This document shows, piece by piece, positions 12,931 to 22,923 of a stretch of 64,000 bases of DNA; positions within the stretch are counted from its first letter, which is position 1; every line of letters begins with the position of its first letter. A model generated the notes under the pieces. It made no database searches, was not told the DNA's origin, and saw only the letters and a program-made list of their open reading frames with translations. The stretch covers positions 434,001 to 498,000 of the forward strand of contig VJWM01000011.1 in the NCBI GenBank assembly GCA_010909165.1, in the 5' to 3' direction. The position numbers and the translations under genes are program-made. The DNA is from Anthoceros angustus. Its lineage: Eukaryota > Plantae > Anthocerotophyta.

Positions 12931-15900
12931 CACTACTAGAGAAACAAGCACTTTACTACCCCTTCAAAACTAGAGAGGGGGGGTTTTTAGACGTCTGTTT
13001 GTTTTACAATGGGGGTTTTCAGCCCATGTATTATTTTTGTATAGATTTTAACACTTTACAACATGCGTTCGATATTTTACAATGTGGTGTATTTTTTTAC
13101 AGTGTATTTTGATAACGCGGCACCCTATAGGAGCTTTTACATAAGGGTTTGCAAGATTACAACATACTATAGTTTTCAACATGGGGTTTATACAACGCGG
13201 GCTGCCATAATTACAACACAATGTCTATTTACAATGATAGCGGGTGTTTTACAACTTGGGGTTTATAACGTCGTCTACTCTAATTACAACACGGTGTCTT
13301 TCACAATACTGGCTGATGTTTAATAAAATGACTTTTACAACACAAAATACGCTTTTTACAACGGGGCTTCTTTTACAGCAATAGCTTGGATTTTACAATA
13401 CTGCTTTTACAACACATGAATGTATAGTTACAACACAATATTTTATTTTTAAAATATCTCTAATTTAGCGTTGTAATTTGCATAGTAAAGAGTTTCTATG
13501 GTATAGGGCCACGTCTATTTTACACCTAAGGTCAGTATAATTTTAAATAATTTAGATTTCTCCTTGTAACTTGAGTTGTAAAATGTAGATGTTGTAAAAT
13601 TATCCATCTTTTTTACAACAAGTATCAGTAAAATGATTTTATAATCAAAATTTCAATTGTAAACCACGTTGTAAATCGTGGGACATCGTTTTCTAGTGCA
13701 ATGTTGCGTCTTTTTCCAACACTTTTTTTTTTCTTAACTAAGGAACTTTAAGGTTTTAAACAAGAGAGTTTATGGGTTACATGGACAAGCTATTAAAGCT
13801 GGAACCACTAACAGAATGTACTTACTCCTTCTAAAACAAGTCATTTTCCTCGTGCACTAGTCCTGACAACCATCTTATTGTCATAGAGATCCATCGATGG
13901 ACAATGGCATTGTGACATTTATATGCACAGAATGGAGGTGGTGTCGTACCTTGCTTGTTCTACGGTAGAAAAAATCAGAGTGGTACTTATTCTACAATTG
14001 AAAAGTGTCATATATAATGGGCCGCACTTGTAGGCGTGAAGGTGGTGCCGTGCTTATTCACCATAGTGAAAAAATAAGGACATGCAGGTGGTTTTTCTTT
14101 TATAATTGAAAAGTGTAATGTATGATGGGCTGCAAAAACAAGGACATAAAGGTAGTACTTATTTTATGATTGAAAAGTGTCATGTATGATGGGCCGCTCT
14201 TGCGGACCTAAAATGGTGTCGGGCTTATTCTCCAAAGGAAAAAAATAAGGACAGAGAGGTAGTACTGTAGTGAAAAAATAAAGACATGGGTGTTGTGGTT
14301 GTTCTATAAGGTAAAACAAGTAGAAAATGACACTTAAATAAATGACATGAGGTGCACAAATGCTCGCTTGGACAAAGGCTTCTGAAATCGCAAAACCCCG
14401 CGGAGGAGATGGGATTCGGTCTCCCTTCCTCCTGTGCATGAGCACAGGGCTCTACCACTCCATTAACTCGTTTGCGCACAGCTTATGAATTTTCATTGTT
14501 TTTATTAAAATTTTAAACTGCAAAATGCTTTCTTCTTTTTCATCTGTCCAGACGCTGGACTTGTGTGCGAGGCCCGAGATCGAAGTGCATGCTGCCGGGT
14601 GGGCGCGTCAGTGGTGGAGGTAGCCGGGGAGCTGGAGGAGGGGTATGGAGCTGCATCCGGCACGGCGGTAGGGTTTGGCGGCTTAGGGAGATGGTGGATG
14701 ATGCATCACCGCACGGCGATGCCTCAGCAGTAGCTCTTGCGCGGCTGGGCAAGGGCGGTACTTTGTTGGACTCCCTCTCATGGTGTGGCCCTGGAAGGGC
14801 TACAAGGAGCTCTACATTGTTTAGCATTTTGGGATGGTGGTGAAGGTATCTTGCTGATTTTCCATGGCTATTCTATAGGCTCAGCTTGAGCTGGGAGGGA
14901 AGGACCCTGTCTACATGAGGCAGGATGTGCAGGACGTTGCAATGTTTGCGTCTTGCAATCTAGCCAACAGATATGGCAGAGCTCGCCTCAAATCGGCTGG
15001 AGACGTCCTCGCAAGGGGCCGGGCACGGGCACGGGCTACGATATACCTCTACTGATTTCTTTTTCCGAGCTAGGCAGCTGCAACCATGTGCAAGGATGAA
15101 GCCGCAGGGCGATGTGGGGCTAATGGGCTGCTGATGTGTGCTTGGACTCGAGGGCGCTGATGGGCTGTTGAAGTGCTGTGGGAACTCTAGGTCTTGCTAT
15201 GAGAAGAGAAGACATAATCAATTATGGGAGACTGTGGACTCAACGCTTTACATTTGAAGTCAATATATAAATTGCATGTGCTAATTGGGGCTTGTTACTA
15301 GTTGCAGCTTGCTGCTTTCCCAAGTTACTTCTCCTGATACCTCAGCTTCTTGCACAGGATCACTAGGCTTATTTATCCCTTTCCAAGAACTTGATGTGGA
15401 TGTCTCACAGATTCTTAGAATAGCCTTCCGATGTCTTGGCCGTGTTATTGCAACACATGGGCAAATGTATCCATCATTGAAAATGTTCACAGTATAACTC
15501 CGCAGTATCCCTACCCTTGTTTAGTCCTACAGGTCGTATTTGAATAACTTATATTGTTACTTACAACGATAGCTTTTATAAGGGTTTAATTTTTTTGGTC
15601 GGACAAGGTTTACAATAGTTTGATTTTTTTGGTGGGAAAACGTTAACAACAATTTGAATTTTTGGCTGGAAAAGGGTTTAGGGTTTAGGGTTGAACAATC
15701 ATATAAAATACTTGTGTACCATATGTAGGAACAATGGTTGTAAACCATTGTTCAACAACCACTGTTGTTTTGGCTGAACAATTGTATAAAATACTTGTGT
15801 ACCATATGTATGAACATATACATCTAGTATATACACTTTGAGAAAATTACAACGTAAATTACTAAGGGGTGTTTACAATAGTCATTCTACAATGGTAATT

Positions 15901-15961
15901 GTAATGTTGTTGTAAAGTCCGCTATAAAGTCCGTTGTAAAAGACTATTTTTCCTAGTAGTG
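12931..15961. mobile_element. Non-autonomous CACTA (En/Spm) DNA transposon, 3031 bp
   Basis: Left end CACTACTAGAGAAA at 12931 and right end TTTTCCTAGTAGTG ending at 15961 (9-bp perfect TIR). 3-bp TSD AGT at 12928-30 and 15962-64. Many subterminal TTTTACAAC / GTTGTAAA repeats; no transposase ORF. Confidence 0.93.
13925..14300. repeat. Degenerate tandem repeats inside the CACTA element
   Basis: Recurrent ggtggtgccgtgcttattc, attgaaaagtgtcatgtatgatgggccgc and gaaaaaataaggaca units. Confidence 0.7.
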
Positions 15962-16869
15962 AGTCTAGAAGGTTCTTCACAGACTGTGTGCAGGCTGGAG
16001 AGAGAAGGACTTTAGGGAAGGCTAGTCAAAGCTAGAAGGAGGTTGCATCGGTTTCAGAGCATCAAACAAAGAAAATCAAGCGAGCGAAGGTCAACTATTT
16101 GGGGGCCTCAAACTCTTGTTCTAGACATAGAAAGCTAAAATTGAAGTTTTCTCATTTCCTCGTTTGGGAGCAAGCGAGCACTTGGAGTATGAACCTAGGT
16201 GATTGCTTCTTATGCAGTGATAACCAACAAACAGCGAACATAGTTTCCGGCTCATGTAAAATAGGGCACATATAAATGGCTCCTCAAACTTATTTTGGCA
16301 CCCAAATGAGATCTGTTTGATTGTCGAACTAGAGTTGGAGTTGCCATGTTGTGGGAGTGAAAGTGGGATTCTAAGCCCTGTGGACAATAATAAGAGTTTT
16401 CCCGTTTGAGAAAAGAAGAGATTCTTGGAAACGAGTCAGTGGAGAACAAGGGGAGTAACCTTTACCGTAACTCTTCAGTCCCATAGATAGAATTTTGAAA
16501 TGCTGCAAACCCAATGTAAATAGTCAATCAAGTATGGGCAGACTTGGATTCCAACGTTTCCCGGTTAAGGCAAATATGGGATCGTAAACGGCTCCCGTCT
16601 TGCGCATCTCGATTGGCTCTGCCAAACCTATTTTGGATGCAAAATCTTGATTTGCATTTGACTCCTTAACCTAATTTTGAGCCTCCCATTTAAGTTTAAG
16701 AAACATAACATGGTGTAGACAGTTCTCACGACTAGCCACCTAAACTAGCAATATAGGCTAGGTTATAAAACATAGCATGGTGAAAACAACTTTCACAACT
16801 TGCCAACTAAAATACAGCTACAAAGTAGTTTATGAATCATAGTGAAGACATGCCTTACAATGTAGGCTA

Positions 16870-17050
16870 TTGTGTGAAACATAACACAATGAAACAATTG
16901 GCAAACTTAAAATAAATGCTCAGCTAAAATATATGCTAATGTGTGAAACATAACACAACGGACAATTGACGAACTTAAAATAAACTCTCAAGCTAAAATA
17001 TATATTATTGTGTGAAATATAAGTAAAAAAATTGGAAAACTTAAAATAAA
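16870..17050. repeat. AT-rich tandem repeat, about three 55-bp units
   Basis: tgtgtgaaacataacacaa...acaattg..aaacttaaaataaa...gctaaaatatat recurs. Confidence 0.7.
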
Positions 17051-17404
17051 CAAATGTTTATTTTAAGTCAAGGGAACTGGCCCAGCTGCCGTGACCGAGC
17101 TGGGTTGTGTGTTCACGCTTGAATCCACAGGTTCCTGGTATGCTTCTGCGGGTGATTGCTGCCTACCGCGGCGCGCAAAAGAATAATTTAGCATAGTAGA
17201 ACTCTAATGAACAAACTTCAAAAAGTATGTACACTAGGTATTAGACTTTTTTGCCCATGAACATAGAGTGACATGAGATGTCAGCAAAATTTCCTCCGCG
17301 CATGTGCCCGTGTCTCATATAATATAAGGGAATAAGGGAAGTGGTATAATATATGAAACTTGCTATTCCGAATCCAAAGGAATACCCAAGCAACAAAGTA
17401 GTTG

Positions 17405-17935
17405 TTAGTGTCCTACGGGATTATTCCAGATCAAAATCACCTGACTGTTTTTGTTACTCGCGGTCCAGTGGGTGCGACGTTTGGCGGATTGATGGAGAGT
17501 GGATTGAAACGCAGAGAAAGGTAGAAAGGTAGCAGGAGCTAACAAGAAACCAGCAGTGGCGAGTATTGAGGTGAAGCAGGTACATACATTTGTGGCGGGA
17601 GAAAACAGAGATGATATTGCGCTCAAGGAGGAGAGCATGAATACACGTGAAGCAGGAAGGGTGCCGCACACAAAGCCGGTGCTGAAGCCACTGCCTGACA
17701 CGGAAAAAGAAGATGTGCTTTGTGGGTATGCTGAGAAGCTAGCTCTGGCGTTTGGTCTTTTGAAAACTCCGATTGGCACACCTCCGCTGGTAACAAAGAA
17801 TCTACTTATGTGCAGTGACTGCCACAGTTCCACCGAGATCATGTCTAGGGTTGAAAACAGAGACATTGTTATAAGGGATGGGTACCGTATGCATCGATTC
17901 GCAGCTGGTGTTGCAGCTGTAACGGTCGACCGTGA
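17405..17935 (+). pseudogene. PPR editing-factor remnant: degenerate S2/E2 plus a DYW:KP deaminase domain with a GRP C-terminus
   Basis: KKPAVASIEVKQVHTFVAG...RVPHTKPVLKPL...EKEDVLCGYAEKLALAFGLL...KNLLMCSDCHSSTEIMSR...HRFAAG; after a 1-nt slip it reads TGC AGC TGT AAC GGT CGA CCG TGA = CSCNGRP* (17912-17935). YGIIPDQNH upstream resembles an L2/S2 junction. No in-frame ATG before the domain. Confidence 0.88.
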
Positions 17936-18039
17936 AGAAGAACTAGCCAGTGCTCAGAAGGTGAACTCTTTATGTGGGAGTCGGGAGTCGTTCCAACAGA
18001 GGTGGGCGCTGTAAGATGACAACTTGTGGTCCACAACAC

Positions 18040-18900
18040 CAACGACTCTTCATTCATTTACAGATATCTGCCTGTGTTGCTGTGAGTGCTGCCTTTGCCT
18101 TTGAGCAAAACCAGACGCCTTCATGTTGTTTTCCATAATCAATGCACATTCTAAGCACGGGAGGGCCGTACAACTGTACCATGAGATGCGTAGGTCAGGA
18201 GGGAAGGCAGATTCTCACTTCTCTGTAGCAGCCCTTCAAGCTTGTGCATTTGCTGCTCACTTGATGTGCACTGTTATGTGTTGCACAGTGGCGTTCCTCC
18301 TGACTCGTTTTTTGGCAACTGCCTGGTGGACATGTATGCAATGTGGCGAGTTGAAACACTGCACGCCAGGTTTTGAAAAGCTTGGCCAAAAGGGATGTGG
18401 TGGCGTAGACAGCGCTGATTGCTGGGTATGCACAGCAAGGGCCTGGGCAGGAGGCGCTTGGTGTGTATGAATGAATGGAGCAGGAGGGCCTGATTGTGGC
18501 TGACCACGTCACTTTTTCTTGCCTGCTGAAGGCCTGTGCAAGCGCTGGTGCCTTACAGAAGGGCACACATTTACGCCCATTGTGGCCCGAGGACAGCTAG
18601 GTAAACTTTTGCTTGCCTTCAAAAGGCCTGTGCAAGCACTGATGCCTGACAAAAGGGCAGGCAGCTGCATTCCCAGTAGTTTGTGGAAAGAGAACAGCTG
18701 GATAAGATATTGGTGGGCAACTGCCTGGTTTACATTATGGAAAATGTAGTGAACTCAAAGATGCACGGCAAGTTTTTCAGTGCTTGGCCACAAGGAATGT
18801 GTTGACATGGGGTGCTCATAGCTGGGTATGCACAGCAAGGATTCAGCCAAGAGGCGAGCAAGAAGGCCTCATTTTGACTGACGATGTAACTTTTGCTGTG
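18040..18900 (+). pseudogene. Heavily deleted PLS-class PPR gene remnant
   Basis: PDAFMLFSIINAHSKHGRAVQLYHEMRRSGGKADSHFSVAALQAC, LVDMY...CGEL and LIAGYAQQG motifs in shifting frames. Confidence 0.8.
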
Positions 18901-19201
18901 GAAGAACTGGTGCCCTACAGAAGTTCAGGCAGCTGGTTTTGCTATTGATTTTTGCTTTTTGCTAGTCCTTGGTCATAAGGCACTAGCTTGTTTGAAGGAC
19001 ACGTTAGGTAGTGGCCGGTATTTTTCCCTGCCTTTCAGTACCTATTATGTTGTCTCCATGGACTCATGGTCTGTATGGACTAGCCCAAAGGGGTACATAA
19101 CTGGGCCAGGAGGAAATAAACTCACAATTGTAGCGAGCTTACGCAAACAATAAATTTTTAGGTTATCGGTGCACCCAGACCAGTCATACCCTTGGGAAGG
19201 T

Positions 19202-20675
19202 CTAGTGTCGACAGTGTTGAAGAAGGATACCCCAATCCACCACAGGCTGGCCATCCATGTACTCCCGATCGTCTTGGACGTAAATGTTGCGGGTTTTGTC
19301 GAGATGCGAGGCAGGATCCAGCAGGAGGGCGGCTTTGGTGCGGTCCGGCCTTGGCGCGTCCTGCCTCCGATTGCGGTAGCGGACGGGATTGTTTGCGTCA
19401 AGAAGCTGCGCAGCGGGCGCAACGATAGCATCGGCGGCGATCTCGGCTGTGGTGAGCAGCGAAATCTGAGTTAGGGGTCCCGACAGTACCCTGTGGTACA
19501 TCGCGTGGTACCTGCCATTGCTGATAGTCTGCAATATTCGCCAAGACAATTCGGTCACCATCAGTGCAGCTGTGGGCGGCTCCGGATCCAAGATGTCAGA
19601 TGGTGGATCTCTCGCATTTTGAATGCAAGGCATGGCAGTGCACATACATACACACACTCTGTGATGAGCTCAGTACCTCGATGTCGTTCCCGAGGTGGAC
19701 CAAGCCTTCGTCCAGGAGGGCGGGCGTGGTGAGCCACTGGCCGTCGACATAGTACTGCACGCCCCTGGCACCGTCGGACAGGTTGATGTTGAACATGTCG
19801 GGGTCGCAGTGCGCTGCCAGGGCCGGAGCTGGGATCTGCCCTTCAGGGACCTCCTGCGGCGGAGTGCTGGACAGAGAAACGCTGGTCATCAACGGCCCGT
19901 ACTGGTCGGCGATGTAGGATTCTGGCAGCCCCAGGCCCTCCGTCAGCAGGCCCTGCAGGAAGATGGCGACCCGATGCATCTGTGCCACGTACAGCTCAAC
20001 CTTTCCCCTGCAGTGAATTTAGCAAGCGCGAGGACCCAATTCATGAATCCATGCTTTGAAGGACAATCAACCTTAAGCTGCAACAAGTTGAAAATCAGAC
20101 GTGTTGCATGCTTGGCATCGATCCCAATATTGGGTGGTAGTGTACCTGAAGGCAGACAAGGCCTGATGCGCCGGCCAGGTGTTCTCCCTCCTCCTCCCTT
20201 CAGGGTAGGCCAGGAGGCGGTACTCCTCTCTGAATCTGGCATTTGCCTCCGTCTCGGATCCCGCGGCGCTGCTCCACTGGTAGACGTAGCCCACACACCC
20301 GTGCTCCATGCTCCCGGTCCTGTTACACTTCACCTTCTCCTCCACGGGCTGAGCGAAGAAGCGCTTCGTCAAACGCCGGACATCGTCCACCAGGGCCCTG
20401 TCCACCCCGAAGTTGCTGATGAAGAAGAGACCCACTTCCGCCGCCGCTCGGATCTCCTCCACCAGCTCGGCTCGCCTTGTGGGCGACACGGCCAGGCCCC
20501 CCAGGTCCACCGTCCTCCTCACCAGCGCCGTCTGCTCTCTGGTCCAGCTTGCCGGGGACTGTTGCGGGAACTCCGACATCGACCTCGACGACGTCCAGGG
20601 CCCATGATGCAGCGGGAACCTGGCAACCGGCACCAGACCGTGGCTGGGCAAGGGTGCTGCGCACACGGTCGCCAT
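19202..20675 (-). CDS. 2-oxoglutarate/Fe(II)-dependent dioxygenase-like protein, 3 exons (about 20675-20145, 20007-19677, 19526-19202)
   Basis: DIOX_N motif VDLGGL...LVEEIRAAAEVGLFFISNFGVD...RFFAQPVEEK; HCD and SNGRYHAMYHRV iron ligands; GT-AG introns at the expected positions. Confidence 0.85.
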
Positions 20676-20703
20676 ATCGGCAGCTGATATTGCTGAAGGA
20701 ACT

Positions 20704-20795
20704 TGATCGAGATGGAGCCCGCTGCGCAGCTGCTGCTGTAGTTGAAGAAAACTGCAGGATTGATCGAGATGGAGCACGCTGCGCAGCTGCTGCTG
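20704..20795. repeat. 57-bp tandem duplication just upstream of the dioxygenase start
   Basis: ttgatcgagatggagc(c/a)cgctgcgcagctgctgctg occurs twice. Confidence 0.85.
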
Positions 20796-21514
20796 GCTGA
20801 ATTGAGACGGATCCGGGTTCCAGGAAATTCTGGGTGTGCGTGCACATTATATGGGCTCCGGATCCGCATGCCAGCATGGATTTAGCACCCCGGCCGGGCG
20901 CCTGGATGCCTGGGCAACCAGACGCCGCTAACAAAACAGTTGCTTACGGCAAGCTAACGGATCACTCCTTCTCGGACCGAGGTATATTCACTTGGGTCCT
21001 GCCAAATCAGCTCATGTATGTCGTCCCCCCTGTCGATATCACCAAACACCACGCAACAGGCTGCGGGCCCGGATATGGCATGCCGGTCCGGTCCCCTTCG
21101 CCATGGGCGATCAGGCCAGCCCATTAACCCGCCGGCGGCTTGTGAGGCGCGGCCCGATCCGGCCGTCAGTTGGCCGCTGCCGGCCTTGCCGGCCACGCCC
21201 GATCGCCTCCCGCCTGTGGACACACTTGCCAAAACGACTTAGTCGAATATTACAAGAGACTGAATTATACAAAGAATTAAAAACGCCAAGAGACGGAAAG
21301 TCAATCTACACCGGGACCATGGGAACAACCCTGTAGAGGGCGGGCTCATGGGAACTCGAGTTTGGAAAGTAGTAACTTTACTAGGTGACACTATGAAGAT
21401 GTTTACCGGAATGATTAATAAATGTTGTGTTAGGGCTCATCAAAAACTCCCTTTAGAGATTATATATGGAAAACCTTCATCGAGATTATTCACCCCCTTC
21501 AAAAAATTATGGTA

Positions 21515-22022
21515 TTTTATCCTTAACCCTCCAAGTTGGACGGCGGAGGGATGCGTGACGGGTAAGGTCCACAAGTACACCCCTATGCAAGACGACCACG
21601 CCTTTGTCCCCCTTGCCATCGAGATTCATGGAGCCATGGGCAAGGATTTCTCTAGGTTCGTCAAGGCTTGCGCCAAGCTTATCACAACCGCAAGAAGCGG
21701 GTTGGCCTCCCCCTTTCTTGCATTGTTGCTTTCTTCCTTGCATTGTTGCTTTCTTCCGGCAAAGGGATTCCATCGCTCTGCAAAAGGCGTTGGTCAATGC
21801 AGGGCACAGAACGACAGCGAGCACGGGAGATGCAACTTCTTCGACACCGGTGGTAAATAGGCCTTTTCATTCCCCTGACCACGAAGTTCTTCGGGCGGTT
21901 GGTAGTTTTGAAATGGAGATCGTGGGGCTAGTCCCCTGGCATGGTCCCTTTCGTTGGGTTTTTCCCCCTTTGTTTTTGGGGTGGATGGGTTTTTCCATCT
22001 GTTTTTTTATAATAAAGTCTTC
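21515..22022 (+). mobile_element. 3' fragment of a CRE-like element (RLE plus 3' UTR ending AATAAAGTCTTC)
   Basis: GKVHKYTPMQDDHAFVPLAIEIHGAMGKDFSRFVKA and FFRQRDSIALQKALVNA; homologous to 11390-11600. Confidence 0.82.
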
Positions 22023-22034
22023 GTTTTCCCCCTC

Positions 22035-22410
22035 AAAAAGGAACATATGGGAAAAACCATCTACCCCGAGCCGATGAGGAACAACCCATTATAAGGCGAA
22101 GGGGCAACATATGGGAAAAACCATCTACCCCGAGCCGATGAGGAACAACCCATTATAAGGCCAAGGGGCAGAGGGGGCTAGCCCCCTTGAATGTCGACCC
22201 TAAAACTACCAACCGCCCCAAGTATATCATGGTCCCAAGTATATCATGGTCAGAGATAAGAAAAAGCCTACCTACGACCGATACCGCTGATGCCGTGTCT
22301 CTCGCGCTCGCTACCATCCTGTAAACAGCGTTGGCCAACACTTTGCGAGGCGATTGAAACCGCTATCGAAACAAACCACCATGGAGGAAAGGAGGAGACC
22401 CCCCCGTTTC
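22035..22410 (-). mobile_element. 3' fragment of a second CRE-like element, tail-to-tail with the previous one
   Basis: The minus strand reads a decayed FRQR.SI..KVLANAVYR, then a UTR ggggtagatggtttttcccatatg resembling the plus-copy UTR; it contains a 65-bp tandem duplication (about 22041-22160). Confidence 0.6.
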
Positions 22411-22525
22411 GTCAACTATGGTAGGCTCCAGTAATAATATATGATTGGAATTTCTACCGCCTGATTTTTCCACATACACTGCGTGATGAGTTATGTATGT
22501 GGAACCACCATTGTATTGAATTGAA

Positions 22526-22598
22526 ATGCCCTTCATTGGGTTTTCCCCTTTGTTTTGGGGTGGATGGTTTCCCATCTCTTTTCTATAATAAAGTCTTC
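22526..22598 (+). mobile_element. 73-bp extreme 3' end of the CRE-like family flanked by a 10-bp direct repeat TTGAATTGAA
   Basis: Matches about 21945-22022 and ends in the same ATAATAAAGTCTTC; TTGAATTGAA at 22516-25 and 22599-608. Confidence 0.8.
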
Positions 22599-22923
22599 TT
22601 GAATTGAATTGAATGTGTATACCCAGCATGAAACCATGAAATCGATTTACATTCGGACGCGACAGCTTGCTTCCCTCCGAAGAGTGTCGAGGAGAAGTTC
22701 GTGAAAGGCTGAAGGCGAAGAGCGAACACTTCACGCATATTGGATTCCCAATCTTTCGAGCCACAGACCTGGCTGCTTCACACGGGGCCATGGCTGCCTG
22801 GAGGTTTGCGCGCAGTCTAGGAAGAGCTCCGGCTGGCCTGACTCTCAGGAACCAACGGCGGCCAAACAACGGAGCCGGTACGTGCAGCAACAAATTTGCA
22901 AGAGAGCAACCCCGTCTAAGAGC

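Noticed and set aside
16045-16065. tcggtttcagagc as an LTR primer-binding site (tRNA-Met-like TGGTATCAGAGC)
   Set aside because: Two differences from the consensus, and no paired LTR or recognisable gag/pol nearby.
17724-17730. The TAT (Tyr) codon of the DYW:KP domain being repaired to CAT (His) by U-to-C editing of its own mRNA
   Set aside because: U-to-C editing is known for organellar, not nuclear, transcripts; a simple C-to-T mutation or base error is more parsimonious.
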